Origin: Candidatus Eiseniibacteriota bacterium
Lineage (GTDB): Bacteria; Eisenbacteria; RBG-16-71-46
Length of the DNA stretch: 64,000 nt
Assembly: GCA_963725865.1 (NCBI GenBank)
Contig: CAVSAC010000012.1
Coordinates: 1,312,001-1,376,000, forward strand
Direction of reading: 5' to 3'
Positions within the stretch are counted from its first letter, which is position 1. Each line of letters opens with the position of its first letter. The notes beneath the pieces are model-generated. The model saw only the letters and a program-made list of their open reading frames with translations. It searched no databases and was not told the DNA's origin. This document shows, in pieces, positions 1 to 10,567 of the stretch. Position numbers and translations under genes: made by a program.

Positions 1-1068
1 GAGGGCCGCTCCATACTTCCGCGCGTCCCGCTGGACCGCTTGCAGCGCGAGGTGCTTCGGCCCGGCGAGGTCCTGGTGGATGTGTTCTCGGCCCCCGAAA
101 CCACGTTCGTCTTTGCCGTGACCCGAGCCGGCATCCACGTCGCGGGGGCGCCGGGCCGGACGAGGCTGGGCCCGCGGCTTTCGCGGTTCCGGGACATGCT
201 CGCCGCGCGTGACGCCGAACCTGCGCTCGTCGACGCCTCGGCCAGCCTGCTCGGGTCCGATCTGCTCGGCGGCGTCGCTGCGCCGGTTCGCTCGAGCCGT
301 GTCGTCCTGATCGCCGCGGGGACCCTTGGCGACCTGCCACTCGGCATGCTGCGCCTGCCGGGGGACCGCGAGCCGCTCGCCCTTTCGCACCAGGTCGCCA
401 TGATTCCATCGGCCACGCTGCTGGCTGCGGGTCGCGCGGTCAGGGGGCCCGCTCCGGCGAAGGGCGTGCTGGCGCTGAGCCGCGCCACCGACGCCGAGGG
501 ACGCCGGCTCCCCGGGGTGGAGCACGAAACGAGGTGGCTCCGGCGGGAGATCCCGGGCGCGCAGGTGCGCGCCAACGACGGAGACCTGTCGATCGACGAC
601 ATGCTGCGCGGAGTCGGCGATCGCGAAGTGCTGCACCTGGCCGCCCACGCCCGGGCACCGGCGAGAGCCCCGTGGCGCGCGGGTTTCCTGCTGGGACGCG
701 GAGCCGGCGAGGACGCCTACCTCACCGCGTCGCGGATCAGCACGCTTCACGTCAAGGCCCGCGTCTGCGTGCTGGCCAGCTGCACGTCCGCCGGAGTCGG
801 CGGCCCCGAGGGAATCCCGAACCTGGCCGCAGCCTGGCTGAGCGCCGGAGCGACGGCGGTGGTCGCGACCCTCTGGCCACAGGACGACGAGGCCACGACC
901 GACTTCGTGGTGCTGTTCTACTCTCGACTCCAGCAAGGCGAGTCGGCCGGATCGGCGCTGCGCGAGACCCAACGAACGTTGCGCTCCCGTGGCGGGGTGG
1001 GCTCGATGGCCGCGGCCGGCTTCGTGCTCATCGGAGATCCCACCACGCCCGCCGTGCTGACACGCTGA
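1..1068 (+). CDS. CHAT-domain (caspase-like, clan CD) protease, 5' part outside the window
   Basis: ORF open from the window edge; CHAT motifs VLHLAAHA (His), CVLASCTS (Cys), LAAAWLSAGATAVVATLW, FYSRL and a C-terminal AGFVLIG. Confidence 0.88.
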   Translation, partial: EGRSILPRVPLDRLQREVLRPGEVLVDVFSAPETTFVFAVTRAGIHVAGAPGRTRLGPRLSRFRDMLAARDAEPALVDASASLLGSDLLGGVAAPVRSSRVVLIAAGTLGDLPLGMLRLPGDREPLALSHQVAMIPSATLLAAGRAVRGPAPAKGVLALSRATDAEGRRLPGVEHETRWLRREIPGAQVRANDGDLSIDDMLRGVGDREVLHLAAHARAPARAPWRAGFLLGRGAGEDAYLTASRISTLHVKARVCVLASCTSAGVGGPEGIPNLAAAWLSAGATAVVATLWPQDDEATTDFVVLFYSRLQQGESAGSALRETQRTLRSRGGVGSMAAAGFVLIGDPTTPAVLTR

Positions 1069-1154
1069 GCGTCTCGTGTCCGTGCTTCTCAGTGACCTGT
1101 CAAGTCGCTAACCTCGGGTCGCTCATCAGCAGCTCGACGAATCGCTCCGCGCGG

Positions 1155-1182
1155 TGTGACGACCTTTGCGACAGGAACGTTC
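1155..1182 (+). promoter_or_regulatory. Candidate ECF promoter TGTGAC-N17-CGTTC (autoregulatory, just before ATG 1186)
   Basis: TGTGAC 1155-1160, CGTTC 1178-1182; same motif at 2454-2480 and 10460-10486. Confidence 0.6.
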
Positions 1183-1185
1183 CTT

Positions 1186-1776
1186 ATGGTGGAACACCGC
1201 TCCCCCGAAGGGCGCGACGACGACGAGCTGGCCCTGATCGTTCGGGAACACTTCGGCGGACACGAGGCCGAGCGCGCCACCAACATCCTGCTGGACCGAT
1301 GGCAGGAGACGGTCTATCGGTGGGCCAGGAAGTTCGTTCGCAACTCCGACGACGCGCTCGAGCTGACTCAGGAGATCCTCGTGCAGATGGTGCGTGGGCT
1401 ACGGAACTACGAATCGCGGGGGAAGTTCGGCGCTTGGCTGTTCACGATCGCGAGGTACCGCTGCCTGTCCGCAGTTCGCGCGAAGTCACTCGACATCGAT
1501 CCCGATGTCGAGCTCGAATCCATCGTGAGCCTGTCCGCGGGGCCCGAGGACGAGGCCGAGTGGCGGGAGCGCGAGGCGCACGTCCTGGCGGCCATGAAGG
1601 GGGTCCTCGAGCCTCGCGAGCAGCTGGCCTTGTGGCTGCGGGCGTACGAAGGCATGTCGGTCGAGGACATCACCCGCGTGCTCGCGCTCGACGAGGCGAG
1701 CGGAGCGCGTGGACTGCTCCAGACGGCGAGACGCAAGCTCCGCGCAGCATTGGCGGAGCCGGAAGGACGAACATGA
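1186..1776 (+). CDS. ECF (sigma-70 group 4) RNA polymerase sigma factor
   Basis: Region 2 (DALELTQEIL...YESRGKFGAWLFTIARYRC) and region 4 (REQLALWLRAYEGMSVEDI...ARRKLR). Confidence 0.92.
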   Translation: MVEHRSPEGRDDDELALIVREHFGGHEAERATNILLDRWQETVYRWARKFVRNSDDALELTQEILVQMVRGLRNYESRGKFGAWLFTIARYRCLSAVRAKSLDIDPDVELESIVSLSAGPEDEAEWREREAHVLAAMKGVLEPREQLALWLRAYEGMSVEDITRVLALDEASGARGLLQTARRKLRAALAEPEGRT

Positions 1777-2420
1777 GCGACTGCCCGGATGTTGAAGCGC
1801 TGGCGGCGCTGTCCGGCCTGTCGGCCGACGATCCCCGTCGCGCTCACGTGGAGAGTTGCCCGCGGTGTCGTGCGCGCTTGATCGCGCTCGAGGAGTTCGT
1901 CGCTGCCTCGGGCTCCGACGTGCCCGAGGCCGAGTGGCACGTGGCCGAGGCGGAGCTGCGTCGCCGGCGCGTGAGCGACGGCCTGGTGTCGCCCCCGGCA
2001 AGGCCGCCGGCCGTGCGCCGGACGTGGACCCGGGCCGTTTGGCGGCCGGTCTTTGCTGCGGCAGCGTCTCTGGTGGTCATGATCGCCGGCGCGTGGTGGG
2101 TGGTGCAGAGCCGCCACGAGCCGACGCTGCGCGCCCTGCCCGGCGACGAGTGGATTCCCTCCGTCGAAAGCCGGGGGGCGGCGGTCACGATCGCCTGGAG
2201 GGCCACTCCCGGTGCGGATCAGTACCGCGTGGTCTTCCTGGACGCTTCGCTCGAGCCGGTCGCGACGCTCGAAGTGGGCCCCGCCCTCGAAGCCCGCGTT
2301 GGCCGCGAAGCCCTGCCCGGGGGGCTCGCCCACGGACAGGCAGTCATGGTGGAAGTCCACGCCATTCGGGGTCCGGATGAGGTCGCCCGGTCCCGCGCGG
2401 TACCGCTCACGCTGCCGTAG
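1773..2420 (+). CDS. Zinc-binding (ZAS) transmembrane anti-sigma factor
   Basis: ATGA overlap with the sigma stop; HVESCPRC (HxxxCxxC); one TM helix (VFAAAASLVVMIAGAWWVV); C-terminal beta-rich domain. Confidence 0.85.
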   Translation: MSDCPDVEALAALSGLSADDPRRAHVESCPRCRARLIALEEFVAASGSDVPEAEWHVAEAELRRRRVSDGLVSPPARPPAVRRTWTRAVWRPVFAAAASLVVMIAGAWWVVQSRHEPTLRALPGDEWIPSVESRGAAVTIAWRATPGADQYRVVFLDASLEPVATLEVGPALEARVGREALPGGLAHGQAVMVEVHAIRGPDEVARSRAVPLTLP

Positions 2421-2453
2421 CCCCCCGAGTCCCGGCACCTGTCTGCCGTGCGT

Positions 2454-2480
2454 TGTGACTCGTCGAGCATTCCTCCGTTC
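2454..2480 (+). promoter_or_regulatory. Candidate ECF promoter TGTGAC-N16-CGTTC
   Basis: Exact motif about 70 nt upstream of the FG-GAP gene ATG (2549, preceded by GGAGG). Confidence 0.65.
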
Positions 2481-2548
2481 CTCCCAGTATGGGCGCTGAT
2501 CATTCGCCGCACCGCTCCTGGTTGCGGCTCCCCGACTCGGAGGATGCC

Positions 2549-5500
2549 ATGCGCACTTGTTTCCGTTCCGCTTCGCGCCGGTCCCAGTTGCTCTGCGCCC
2601 ATGCCGGGCTGGTTCTCGCCCTCGGCCTGCCGACTCTCGCGCGTGCCCAGGCCTTCCAGCTCGGCGTCCGGGTCGATCGACCGATGGGCATCTACCCGGC
2701 CTCGGTCGCAGTCGCGGACATGAATGGGGATGGCATCCCCGACCTGGTCTCGACGAACTCACAGGACAACAACATCTCCATCACGCTCGGGCTCGGCGGC
2801 GGCGCATACGCGCCGCGGGTCAACTTCGCGACGGGCGGGAACACGCTCCACGTCACCGTCGCCGACTTCAACCGGGACGGACGGCCGGACGTCGCGGCCA
2901 CCAACTTCGACGCCGGGACCATCTCCATCCTGCTCGGAAACGGGGCGGGCGGGCTGGGGCCCAAGGTGGACATGGCCGCGGAGTTCAGGCCACGCTCGAT
3001 CGCGGTCGCCGACGTGAACGCCGACAACCTCCTCGACCTCGTCGTGCCGAACTACGGCGCGAACAACGTGTCCGTCTTCCTGGGGAACGGCAACGGTGGC
3101 TTTGGGCCCCGGACGAACTACGCCGGTTTCACCAACCCGACGTGCGCCACGACTCCCGACCTGAATGGCGACGGCCGGCCGGACATGGTCGTGGCCAACA
3201 ACGGCGGAACGGTGATCTCCGTCCTGCTCGCCAATGGGAGCGGCGGCTTCGGCGCCAAGACAGACTACTCGGTCGGGGCCGGTTCCAATCCGCACTGGGT
3301 CGCGAGCGGCGACCTGAACAACGACGGCTTCGACGACGTCGTGGTAGCGGACGTCGGGTCCAGCCAGTTCTCGGTCCTCCTCGGCAACGGGACGGGCGCC
3401 CTCCTGCCCAGGACCGACTTCGCTCTCGCGGGCGGGCCGTACACGATCGCGCTCGCGGACATGAACGCCGACGGGATCGCGGACGTCGTCACCGTCCTCG
3501 GCAGCAGCCTGGTGTCCGTGAATGCGGGGAACGGCAGCGGGGGCTTCGGTTCCGCCGCGACGTTCGCGACCCCGTTCGGGGCCGTTCACGCGGAGGTGGC
3601 CGATCTCAACGGCGATGGACGGCTCGACATCGCGACGGCCAACCAGTACTCGAACTCCATTTCGTTGTTGTTTGGGAACGGGACAGGCGGGTTTCGCGCG
3701 AGGTCGGACATCACCTCGCTCGCCGGGCCCTACAATGTGGTGATGGTGGATGCCAACGGCGATGGCCGCCTCGACCTTGCGACGCCGAACCTGCTGGGCA
3801 ATTCGGCCTCGGTGCTGCTCAACAACGGCACGGGTGGCTTCGGCCCGAAACTGGACGTGGGTGTGGGAGCAAGCACCACGGACATCACGCTGGCTGACTT
3901 CAACAACGACGGCAAGCTGGACTTCGCCACGGCGACCGGCACCACTGCCCTGACCGTCTTGTTCGGCAACGGCGTCGGTGGATTTGGAGGGCGGATCGAT
4001 CCACCAGTGCTCGGCGCCACATCGGCCGTGGCCAGCGGCGACTTCAACAACGACGGTCACCCGGATCTGGTCGCTGCGTACAGTTTCGGCAATGTCATCT
4101 CCGTGCTGATGGGCAATGGTCTCGGCGGTTTCGCTGCAAAGACCGACTATGCGACGGGAAGCTGCCCGCAAGCGGTGGTGGTCGCGGACGTGACCGGAGA
4201 TGGCAAGCTCGACCTGGTCACCGCGAACGGCTGCAGCAACAACGTGTCGGTGATGGTGGGCGCGGGCAACGGGTTCTTCTCGGCCGGTGTCGCCTACCCG
4301 ACAGGAACGAACCCCCGAGCGATCGCGGTTGGCGATCTGAACGGCGACGGGAGCCTCGACCTCGCGGTGGCGAACCGCAACTCCAACACCGTCTCGATTC
4401 TCCTCAATCTGGGCGCCGGCACCTTCGGACCGAAGACTGACATTGCGACGCCGAATGGCATCTGGGGCGTTGCCTTGGGTGACATCAATGGCGACAGCCG
4501 GCCCGACCTGATGTTCAGCACCAATACCCTTTCGGGCCTGTCCGTGATGCTCGGAAACGGCGCCGGGGCCTTCGGTCCGCAAATCGGACTACGACGACCG
4601 GCGGGGGAGGCGGAGGCGTAACGACGGGAGACCTGAGCGGCGACGGGGACATCGACATCGCGCTCGAGCAGGACGGACGAACGGCAAGGTAGCGGCTTTC
4701 TCGGGCTCACGCGCACCGCGACCGCGCTCTCGGCGGGGTCCAACCCCGCCGTCGTGGCGCCCCGATCCTGACCGCGACGGTATCCGTTGTGTCCCCCGGC
4801 TCTGGCGCCCCACGGGCACGGTCCACTTCTTCGACGGCAACCGGCTGCTCGGCACTTCGGCCGTGAACGGCGGCGCCGCGGCGCGTGGGTGTCCGCGACA
4901 CGCCTGGGTTCCCGCTCACTGTCGGCGGTCTACAGCGGTGACGGGGAAGATTTCGGCAGCATCTCGCCGTCCAGGGACTTGCAGGTGGTCTCGTCGGCGG
5001 CTGCCCAGATCACCGGCATCGTCGACGTGCCCAACGACCAGGGTTACCAGGTGCGGATGACGTTCAACGCGAGCCCGTTCGACTACCTGAGCTCGCCCAC
5101 ACCGATCGCGAACTACCTCCTCTATCGGAAGATCGACGCGGCACTGGTGGCCGGAAACGAGGACCAGGTGAAGGCGGCACCGCCGCTGTCGACGACGGGC
5201 GGTCGTGCCCTCCGCGGTGGAGCTGCGGCGGGACTTCCTCGTGACCATTCCGGCGACGGCGGACGCGGGCTCTACGAGGTCGTCGTGCCCACGCTGATCA
5301 ATGGGGTCGGAAACTTGTCCACCTTCTTCGTGCGGGCCACGCTGTCGACCCCTGGGCTCTTCTACGACTCGCCACAGGCCCAGGGCTATCACTCGACAAC
5401 CTGCCCCCCGGCCCGCCGGCGCCGTTCGTCGGTAACTACTCCGGCGGCGCCGCTCACCTGAGCTGGGGAGAGAACCTCGGAGCCCGACCTCGCGCAGTAT

Positions 5501-5955
5501 CGGCTCTACCGGGGCTCGTCGGCGGGGTTCGTCCCGGGGCCGGGCAATCTCGTCACCGTGACGGCGGGGACCACCTACGACGACGTGGGACCCGCAGGCA
5601 GCTTCTACAAGCTCTCTGCAGCGGCGTGAACGGCGACGAGAGCGCGTACACGCTGCTCACGCCCAGCGGCACGACGGGTGTGGACGATGGCCCGGTGGCG
5701 TTCGCGCTGGGGCGGCTGCCGAACCCGGTGGTCGGCGGACGTCTCACGGTGAGCTTCGCGCTGCCGAGCGCCGAGCCTGCGACGCTCGAGATGGTGGACG
5801 TGAGCGGTCGCGCGGTGGTGCGGCGGGACGTGGGCGCGCTGGGCGCCGGGCGGCACGCGGTGGCGCTCGACGACGGTGCCCCGCTGCCCGCGGGCATGTA
5901 CTTCGTGCGGCTGACGCAGGGCCGGCAGGGCGCAACGGCGCGGGTGACCGTGCCC
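2549..5955 (+). CDS. Secreted FG-GAP/VCBS repeat protein + Ig-like domain + C-terminal T9SS-like tail, broken by several frameshifts (pieces 2549-4621, 4787-5461, 5626-~5955)
   Basis: Signal peptide; many DxNGDGxxD repeats; later pieces are collinear with the intact paralog at 32468-35926 (DVPNDQG, FYDSP, PAGMYFVRLTQG). Confidence 0.8.
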
Positions 5956-5989
5956 ACAGAGCCGGCGAACCATCCAGGCGTCGGCGCGG

Positions 5990-8638
5990 CTATCGAGGCT
6001 CTTCAACCGCGTCACGGACCGGGCTGCCGCTCAGAAAGCGCGCCAGGGCCGGGATGGGCCGCGTCAGCAGGATCTGTGCCGGAGAGCGCCCGGCGGCCGA
6101 GCCAGCTGTGTCGCTTGGTCGCTCGATTGGTCGCTGTTCGAAGTCCACTTGTTGATTTTTTGGTCCTGTCCTTACGACAGCCGATGCCCGCTCGCGGCAC
6201 GGTACCGCAAGCGGGGCATCGCGTGACAACGACCTCGGGCGGATCAGCGACATCAGCCGTCTGTCAGGGTTGCTGCCGACCGCTGAGCTGACGGCTGTAG
6301 CACAAGCAGCGCAAGAGGCGCTCGTCGCATTCAAAGGCTCCAGCCCGATCCTCCGCATGAACGACGTCCACCGCGGATCGTCGTGCAGGGGATTCAAGTG
6401 CGGGCTCACTTTGGCGAGCGCGACACCCGCGTCACGCGTCTCGAGCGCACGCTCGAGCCACCCGAACGCCGCGTCGACCTCTCCCCGGACTGCCCGGACC
6501 TGCGCCACTTGGAAGGCGGAGCTGTCACCATACATGCGCTCGAGCTGCGCCAGGGCCTCGTCCGACGCAGTCGCGCTTCCGAGCGTCCAATCGACGATGG
6601 CGAGCGACCAGAGTCGTGCCCATTCCGCCGATTCGGCCGTCGCCTCGACGAGTGCCTCTTCGGCTCGTCCCTGCGCCACGAGGACGAGTGCCAGCAGCGC
6701 ACGCTCCCGCGTTGGCGAAGTCGAGCGGGCCAGCGTGGCGCGTACCTCGGCCTCTGCCTCCGCCAGCCGGCCGGCACTGAAGAGGATGCGTGCCACGTAC
6801 GACGGGCCGATCATGGAGAGCGGATCCGCATCGATGGAGCGCCGCATCAGCTCGAGCGCCCGGTCGTACCGGCCGAGGCAGTACTCGAGCATGCCGGCCG
6901 CCTGCAATGCGTCCGCACTTCCCGGCGCCAGCTCGAGCGCTCGCGCGAACGACGCTTCCGCACCGGCCCAGTCGTACTCGTACCAGTGTCGGACGAGCCC
7001 GAGCGCCGTGTGTCCTTCCGCGAGGTTCGGCTCGATCGCGAGTGCGCGTTCCGCAGCCTCTCGCCCCAGCTTCATGCCTTCGTCAGGAGACATCAGGCCG
7101 GTCCCGGCCGCCCACGGGTAGGCCTGTCCGAGCGTCGCCCAGGCGAGCGCGTGATCCGGGTCGAGCTCCACCGCTCGTTTGAGCATCTCGATCCCCGCCG
7201 TCAGGTCGGCATTCGCGATGCGCGAGTACAGGTAGCGGCCCTGCAGGAACAGCCGGTGTGCTTCCGGATCGCGGCCTCGGCCGACCGCGGCAGCCGCGAC
7301 TTCGGCGCGGGTCTCGCCGCTCGCCTTCGAGTCCGCGCCCTGTCCGAGCAACAGCGCGCGCAGCTCCTTCACCACGGACTGTGCGATGTCGTCCTGCACC
7401 GCGAGGATGTCGTCGAGCGTGCGGTCATAGGTCTCCGACCACAGGTGCGAGCTGTCGGCGACGTTCACGAGCTGCACGCTGATCCGCACGCGGTTGCCGG
7501 CCTTGCGAACGCTCCCTTCGAGCAGCGTCGCGACCTCGAGCGCACGGCCGATCTCGCCGGCGGTCGCCTGCTTGCCCTTGAACGTGAAGGTGGACGAGCG
7601 CGCGATGACCCTGAAGCCCTTGATCTTGGAGAGCACGTTGAGCAGCTCGTCGGCGAGGCCGTCGGAGAAGTACTCGTCGTCGGCGCTGGCGCTGCGGTTC
7701 ACGAACGGCAGCACCGCGATCGATGCGGTCTTGTCGGCGACCGGTCGAGCCGAGAGGCCCGACTCGCTCCGCTCCAGCTGCTTGCGAAGGCCTCTCAGTT
7801 CGTTCGAGACGTCGAGCGCCGTCTGGAACCGCTCGCGCGGATGCTTCTCGAGGCAGCGACCCACGATCCGCTCGAGATCGGGCGGCAGGTCCGCCCGCAC
7901 GCTCGAGAGCGGCCGGGGCGGCTCCCTCAGGATGGCGCGGCCGATGTCCATGCTCGTCTCGCCCGTGAACGGCCGGCTTCCGCTCGCGAGCTCGTGGAGC
8001 ACGATGCCGAGCGCGAACAGGTCGGTGCGCGCGTCCACCGGTTCGCCGCGGATCTGCTCCGGCGCCATGTACGGGACGGTGCCGACGACCTGGCCGTCCC
8101 CCGAGAGCGGGCTCACCACCGTCGTGGCCTGCGTGAGGTTCGGGTCCGACTCCGACTCGGCCAGCTTGGCGAGCCCGAAGTCCAGGACCTTGACCCGTCC
8201 GTCACGCGTCAGCATGACGTTCGCCGGCTTGAGGTCGCGATGCACCACGCCCTTCTCGTGCGCAGCCGACGAGAGCGTCGGACAGGCGCAATCGCCACGT
8301 CGAGCAGCTTGGGCGAGCGGCAGCCCGCCGGCGCTCACGAGGCTCGTGAGATCTCGACCCTCGACCAGCTCCATGGTGAGGAACCGCGTGCCGCCGGCTT
8401 CCTCGATCGAGTACAGGACCACGATGTTGGGGTGGTTGAGGCCGGCCACGGTCTTCGCCTCGTGCTCGAAACGAGCGAGGCGTTCCGGCGACGACGCGAC
8501 CGACGCGGGCAGCACCTTGATCGCGACGTCTCGGCCGAGCCGCGTGTCGCGTGCACGATAGACCTCGCCCATTCCCCCCGCGCCGAGCGGGGCGACGATC
8601 TCGTAGGTGCCGAGGCGAGTACCGGCGGTCAGTGGCAT
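5990..8638 (-). CDS. Ser/Thr protein kinase + TolB-like (SIAVLPF) domain + TPR repeats; true stop probably near 6331
   Basis: [41 protein letters not shown]...[12 protein letters not shown]; compensating frameshifts near 8270-8310. Confidence 0.9.
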   Translation of the reverse strand: MPLTAGTRLGTYEIVAPLGAGGMGEVYRARDTRLGRDVAIKVLPASVASSPERLARFEHEAKTVAGLNHPNIVVLYSIEEAGGTRFLTMELVEGRDLTSLVSAGGLPLAQAARRGDCACPTLSSAAHEKGVVHRDLKPANVMLTRDGRVKVLDFGLAKLAESESDPNLTQATTVVSPLSGDGQVVGTVPYMAPEQIRGEPVDARTDLFALGIVLHELASGSRPFTGETSMDIGRAILREPPRPLSSVRADLPPDLERIVGRCLEKHPRERFQTALDVSNELRGLRKQLERSESGLSARPVADKTASIAVLPFVNRSASADDEYFSDGLADELLNVLSKIKGFRVIARSSTFTFKGKQATAGEIGRALEVATLLEGSVRKAGNRVRISVQLVNVADSSHLWSETYDRTLDDILAVQDDIAQSVVKELRALLLGQGADSKASGETRAEVAAAAVGRGRDPEAHRLFLQGRYLYSRIANADLTAGIEMLKRAVELDPDHALAWATLGQAYPWAAGTGLMSPDEGMKLGREAAERALAIEPNLAEGHTALGLVRHWYEYDWAGAEASFARALELAPGSADALQAAGMLEYCLGRYDRALELMRRSIDADPLSMIGPSYVARILFSAGRLAEAEAEVRATLARSTSPTRERALLALVLVAQGRAEEALVEATAESAEWARLWSLAIVDWTLGSATASDEALAQLERMYGDSSAFQVAQVRAVRGEVDAAFGWLERALETRDAGVALAKVSPHLNPLHDDPRWTSFMRRIGLEPLNATSASCAACATAVSSAVGSNPDRRLMSLIRPRSLSRDAPLAVPCRERASAVVRTGPKNQQVDFEQRPIERPSDTAGSAAGRSPAQILLTRPIPALARFLSGSPVRDAVEEPR

Positions 8639-8776
8639 AGGGGCGAATGTACCTCACGGAGCGGCGAGGTCGTGGGCCCGATGAGCCTCGAAGGTGCCTA
8701 CCCTTGGGCTACCCCCGCAATGGCGTACCGTGTCCTCCATAGTCCGCTGGCGTGACGTCTCCCCCGAAGACGACGG

Positions 8777-9211
8777 CTAGGCCTTCGCTTTCTCCGCAAG
8801 TCTTGACTTGCCGGAACTGTTGAGCGCGACCGCCTGGCGAACGAGCGCCTTGAAGGCGGACGCGTCCACTGCTTCTCCCTCGTGGATGTCGATCGCGCGG
8901 CGCACGTTTCCGTCGAGACTCGAGTTGAAGAGACGGGCCGGGTCCTTCAGCGACGCGCCCTTGGCGAAGGTGAGCTTCACGACGCTCTTGTAGGATTCGC
9001 CGGTGCAGATGATGCCGTCGTGCGACCAGACCGGAGTGCCGGGTTTGGTTGGCTTGACCCACTTCCACTCCTCGACGACGTCCGGGTCCGCTTCCTTGAT
9101 GAGCTTCCGCATTCTGCTGAGGGTGTCCCCGCGCCAGTCCCCGAGTTCAGCGATTCGCTTCGAGATGAGCTCCGATGCCGACTGGCCTTGGCTCGCGCCC
9201 GACTTCTTCAT
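8777..9211 (-). CDS. DUF1801 (YdhG-like) protein
   Basis: [27 protein letters not shown]...[18 protein letters not shown]...[16 protein letters not shown]. Confidence 0.85.
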   Translation of the reverse strand: MKKSGASQGQSASELISKRIAELGDWRGDTLSRMRKLIKEADPDVVEEWKWVKPTKPGTPVWSHDGIICTGESYKSVVKLTFAKGASLKDPARLFNSSLDGNVRRAIDIHEGEAVDASAFKALVRQAVALNSSGKSRLAEKAKA

Positions 9212-9313
9212 GTCCGCCTCCTCCAAAGTCCAAACCCGTCCGTTCCTCTCCGCTCGTGACCACGCAGGAAACGACCGCCCCGCTCGGGAATCCTCCGCGA
9301 AATCGCAAGTCCG

Positions 9314-9352
9314 GTCCCGACTGAGGCGCGTGTCGCGCGCGCGATAGACCTC
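9314..9352 (-). pseudogene. 13-codon remnant of a kinase N-lobe ([13 protein letters not shown])
   Basis: Intergenic; nearly identical to [13 protein letters not shown] in the neighbouring kinase. Confidence 0.6.
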
Positions 9353-9386
9353 CTCGACCAGGAAGCCGCTGCTCCATCCGTCCCAG

Positions 9387-10368
9387 CTACGGGGCCACCG
9401 TCACGACGATCTTTCCACGAGCATGTCCCTGCGCGAGTCGGCGGAACGCTTCGGAGGTCTCCCTCAAGTGATGGCGGCTGTCGATGACGGGTGTCACCTT
9501 CCGCGACTCGAGGAGTCCGCCCATGATGACCAGGTCCGCTTGCTTCAGCCGCGTCACGTAGAAGCCCGCCCGCTGACTCGTGAACCGTGCGATCAGCGCC
9601 CCGGTCAACATGCGACCGAGCCGGCGCCAGAACCCGCGGCCGTCGGCACCTCCGACGCCCGCAGCGACCAGTACGCCCTGAGGAGTCAGCACGCGGCGGC
9701 ATGCGAGAAACGAGTGATTCGCCACCAGGTCGAAGATCACGTCGTAGCGTTGCGCACTCCGCGTGAAGTCGGCGCGAGTGTAGTCGACCATGTGGTCGGC
9801 ACCGATGAGCATCGACCATCTCCACGTTTCGGGTGCTGCAGACGCCGGTCACGTCGGCGCCGAACGACTTGGCGAACTGCACCGCGAACGTCCCTACGCC
9901 TCCGGCCGCGCCGTTGATCAGGACCCGCTGTCCGGGCTGGATCCGCCCACAGTCGCGGAGGCCCTGCAACGCGGTAAGCCCGGCGAGGGGAACCGCGGCC
10001 GCCTCCTCGAACGAGACGTTCGCGGGCTTCGCGGCCAGGGACGATTCGACGGCACAGGCGTACTCGGCCAGCGATCCGCGGCAGATCCCGAAGACGTCGT
10101 CGCCGGGCTTGAACTGGGTCACGCTCCGGCCCACGGACACGACGCGTCCGGCCACGTCGCGACCGGGTCGGGTCGCCTTGGGACTGCGCAGGCCCAAGAA
10201 CACCCGAACGAGCCGCGGCCGGCCCCGCATGAGGCCCCAGTCGTAGGCGTTCAATGAAGCCGCCCGAACCTGGATCAGGACCTCGCCGTCCCCCGGCGTC
10301 GGCTTCTCGACGTCCTCGAGTCGAAGCGCCTCCGGGGCGCCGTAACGGTGACAGACGATGGCCTTCAT
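9387..10368 (-). CDS. NAD(P)-dependent alcohol dehydrogenase / quinone oxidoreductase (MDR), frameshift near 9815
   Basis: AASLN, GRDVAG, INGAAGGVG, and C-terminal GHARGKIVV in the second frame. Confidence 0.85.
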
Positions 10369-10459
10369 GGAGCGGGAATCTACCGCAAGGGCCAGGCCGC
10401 CCGCAGCGGAGACGTGGCTACCCTTGCTCAGTCCTGCGTCGGCGGGCCCGGAAATGGCC

Positions 10460-10486
10460 TGTGACGAGACCGCTGCCGCTTCGTTC
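10460..10486 (+). promoter_or_regulatory. Candidate ECF promoter TGTGAC-N16-CGTTC
   Basis: Exact motif about 80 nt upstream of ATG 10568 (preceded by GGGAGG). Confidence 0.65.
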
Positions 10487-10567
10487 AGAGGTTAGGTGTC
10501 GGGACCGAACCCGGACGCTGCCGCAGGCTGCGGCGGGTCGCGGTCGGTCGCTCACGGGAGGTCCGGC

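Noticed and set aside
1..2420. Type III-E CRISPR (Craspase) locus
   Set aside because: No cas genes or repeat-spacer array in the window
4580..5630. Dense frameshifts in the first FG-GAP gene as pseudogenisation or programmed frameshifting
   Set aside because: Many single-base losses with otherwise conserved protein sequence, and similar indels in unrelated genes (about 8290, 9815, 11300, 12015, 14335, 26050), point to long-read consensus error; reads are needed to be sure
5990..6330. 110-aa C-terminal extension of kinase 1
   Set aside because: Removing one T from GAGCCTTTGA gives GLEP-stop, matching the paralog ending GLEG-stop; probably a homopolymer error
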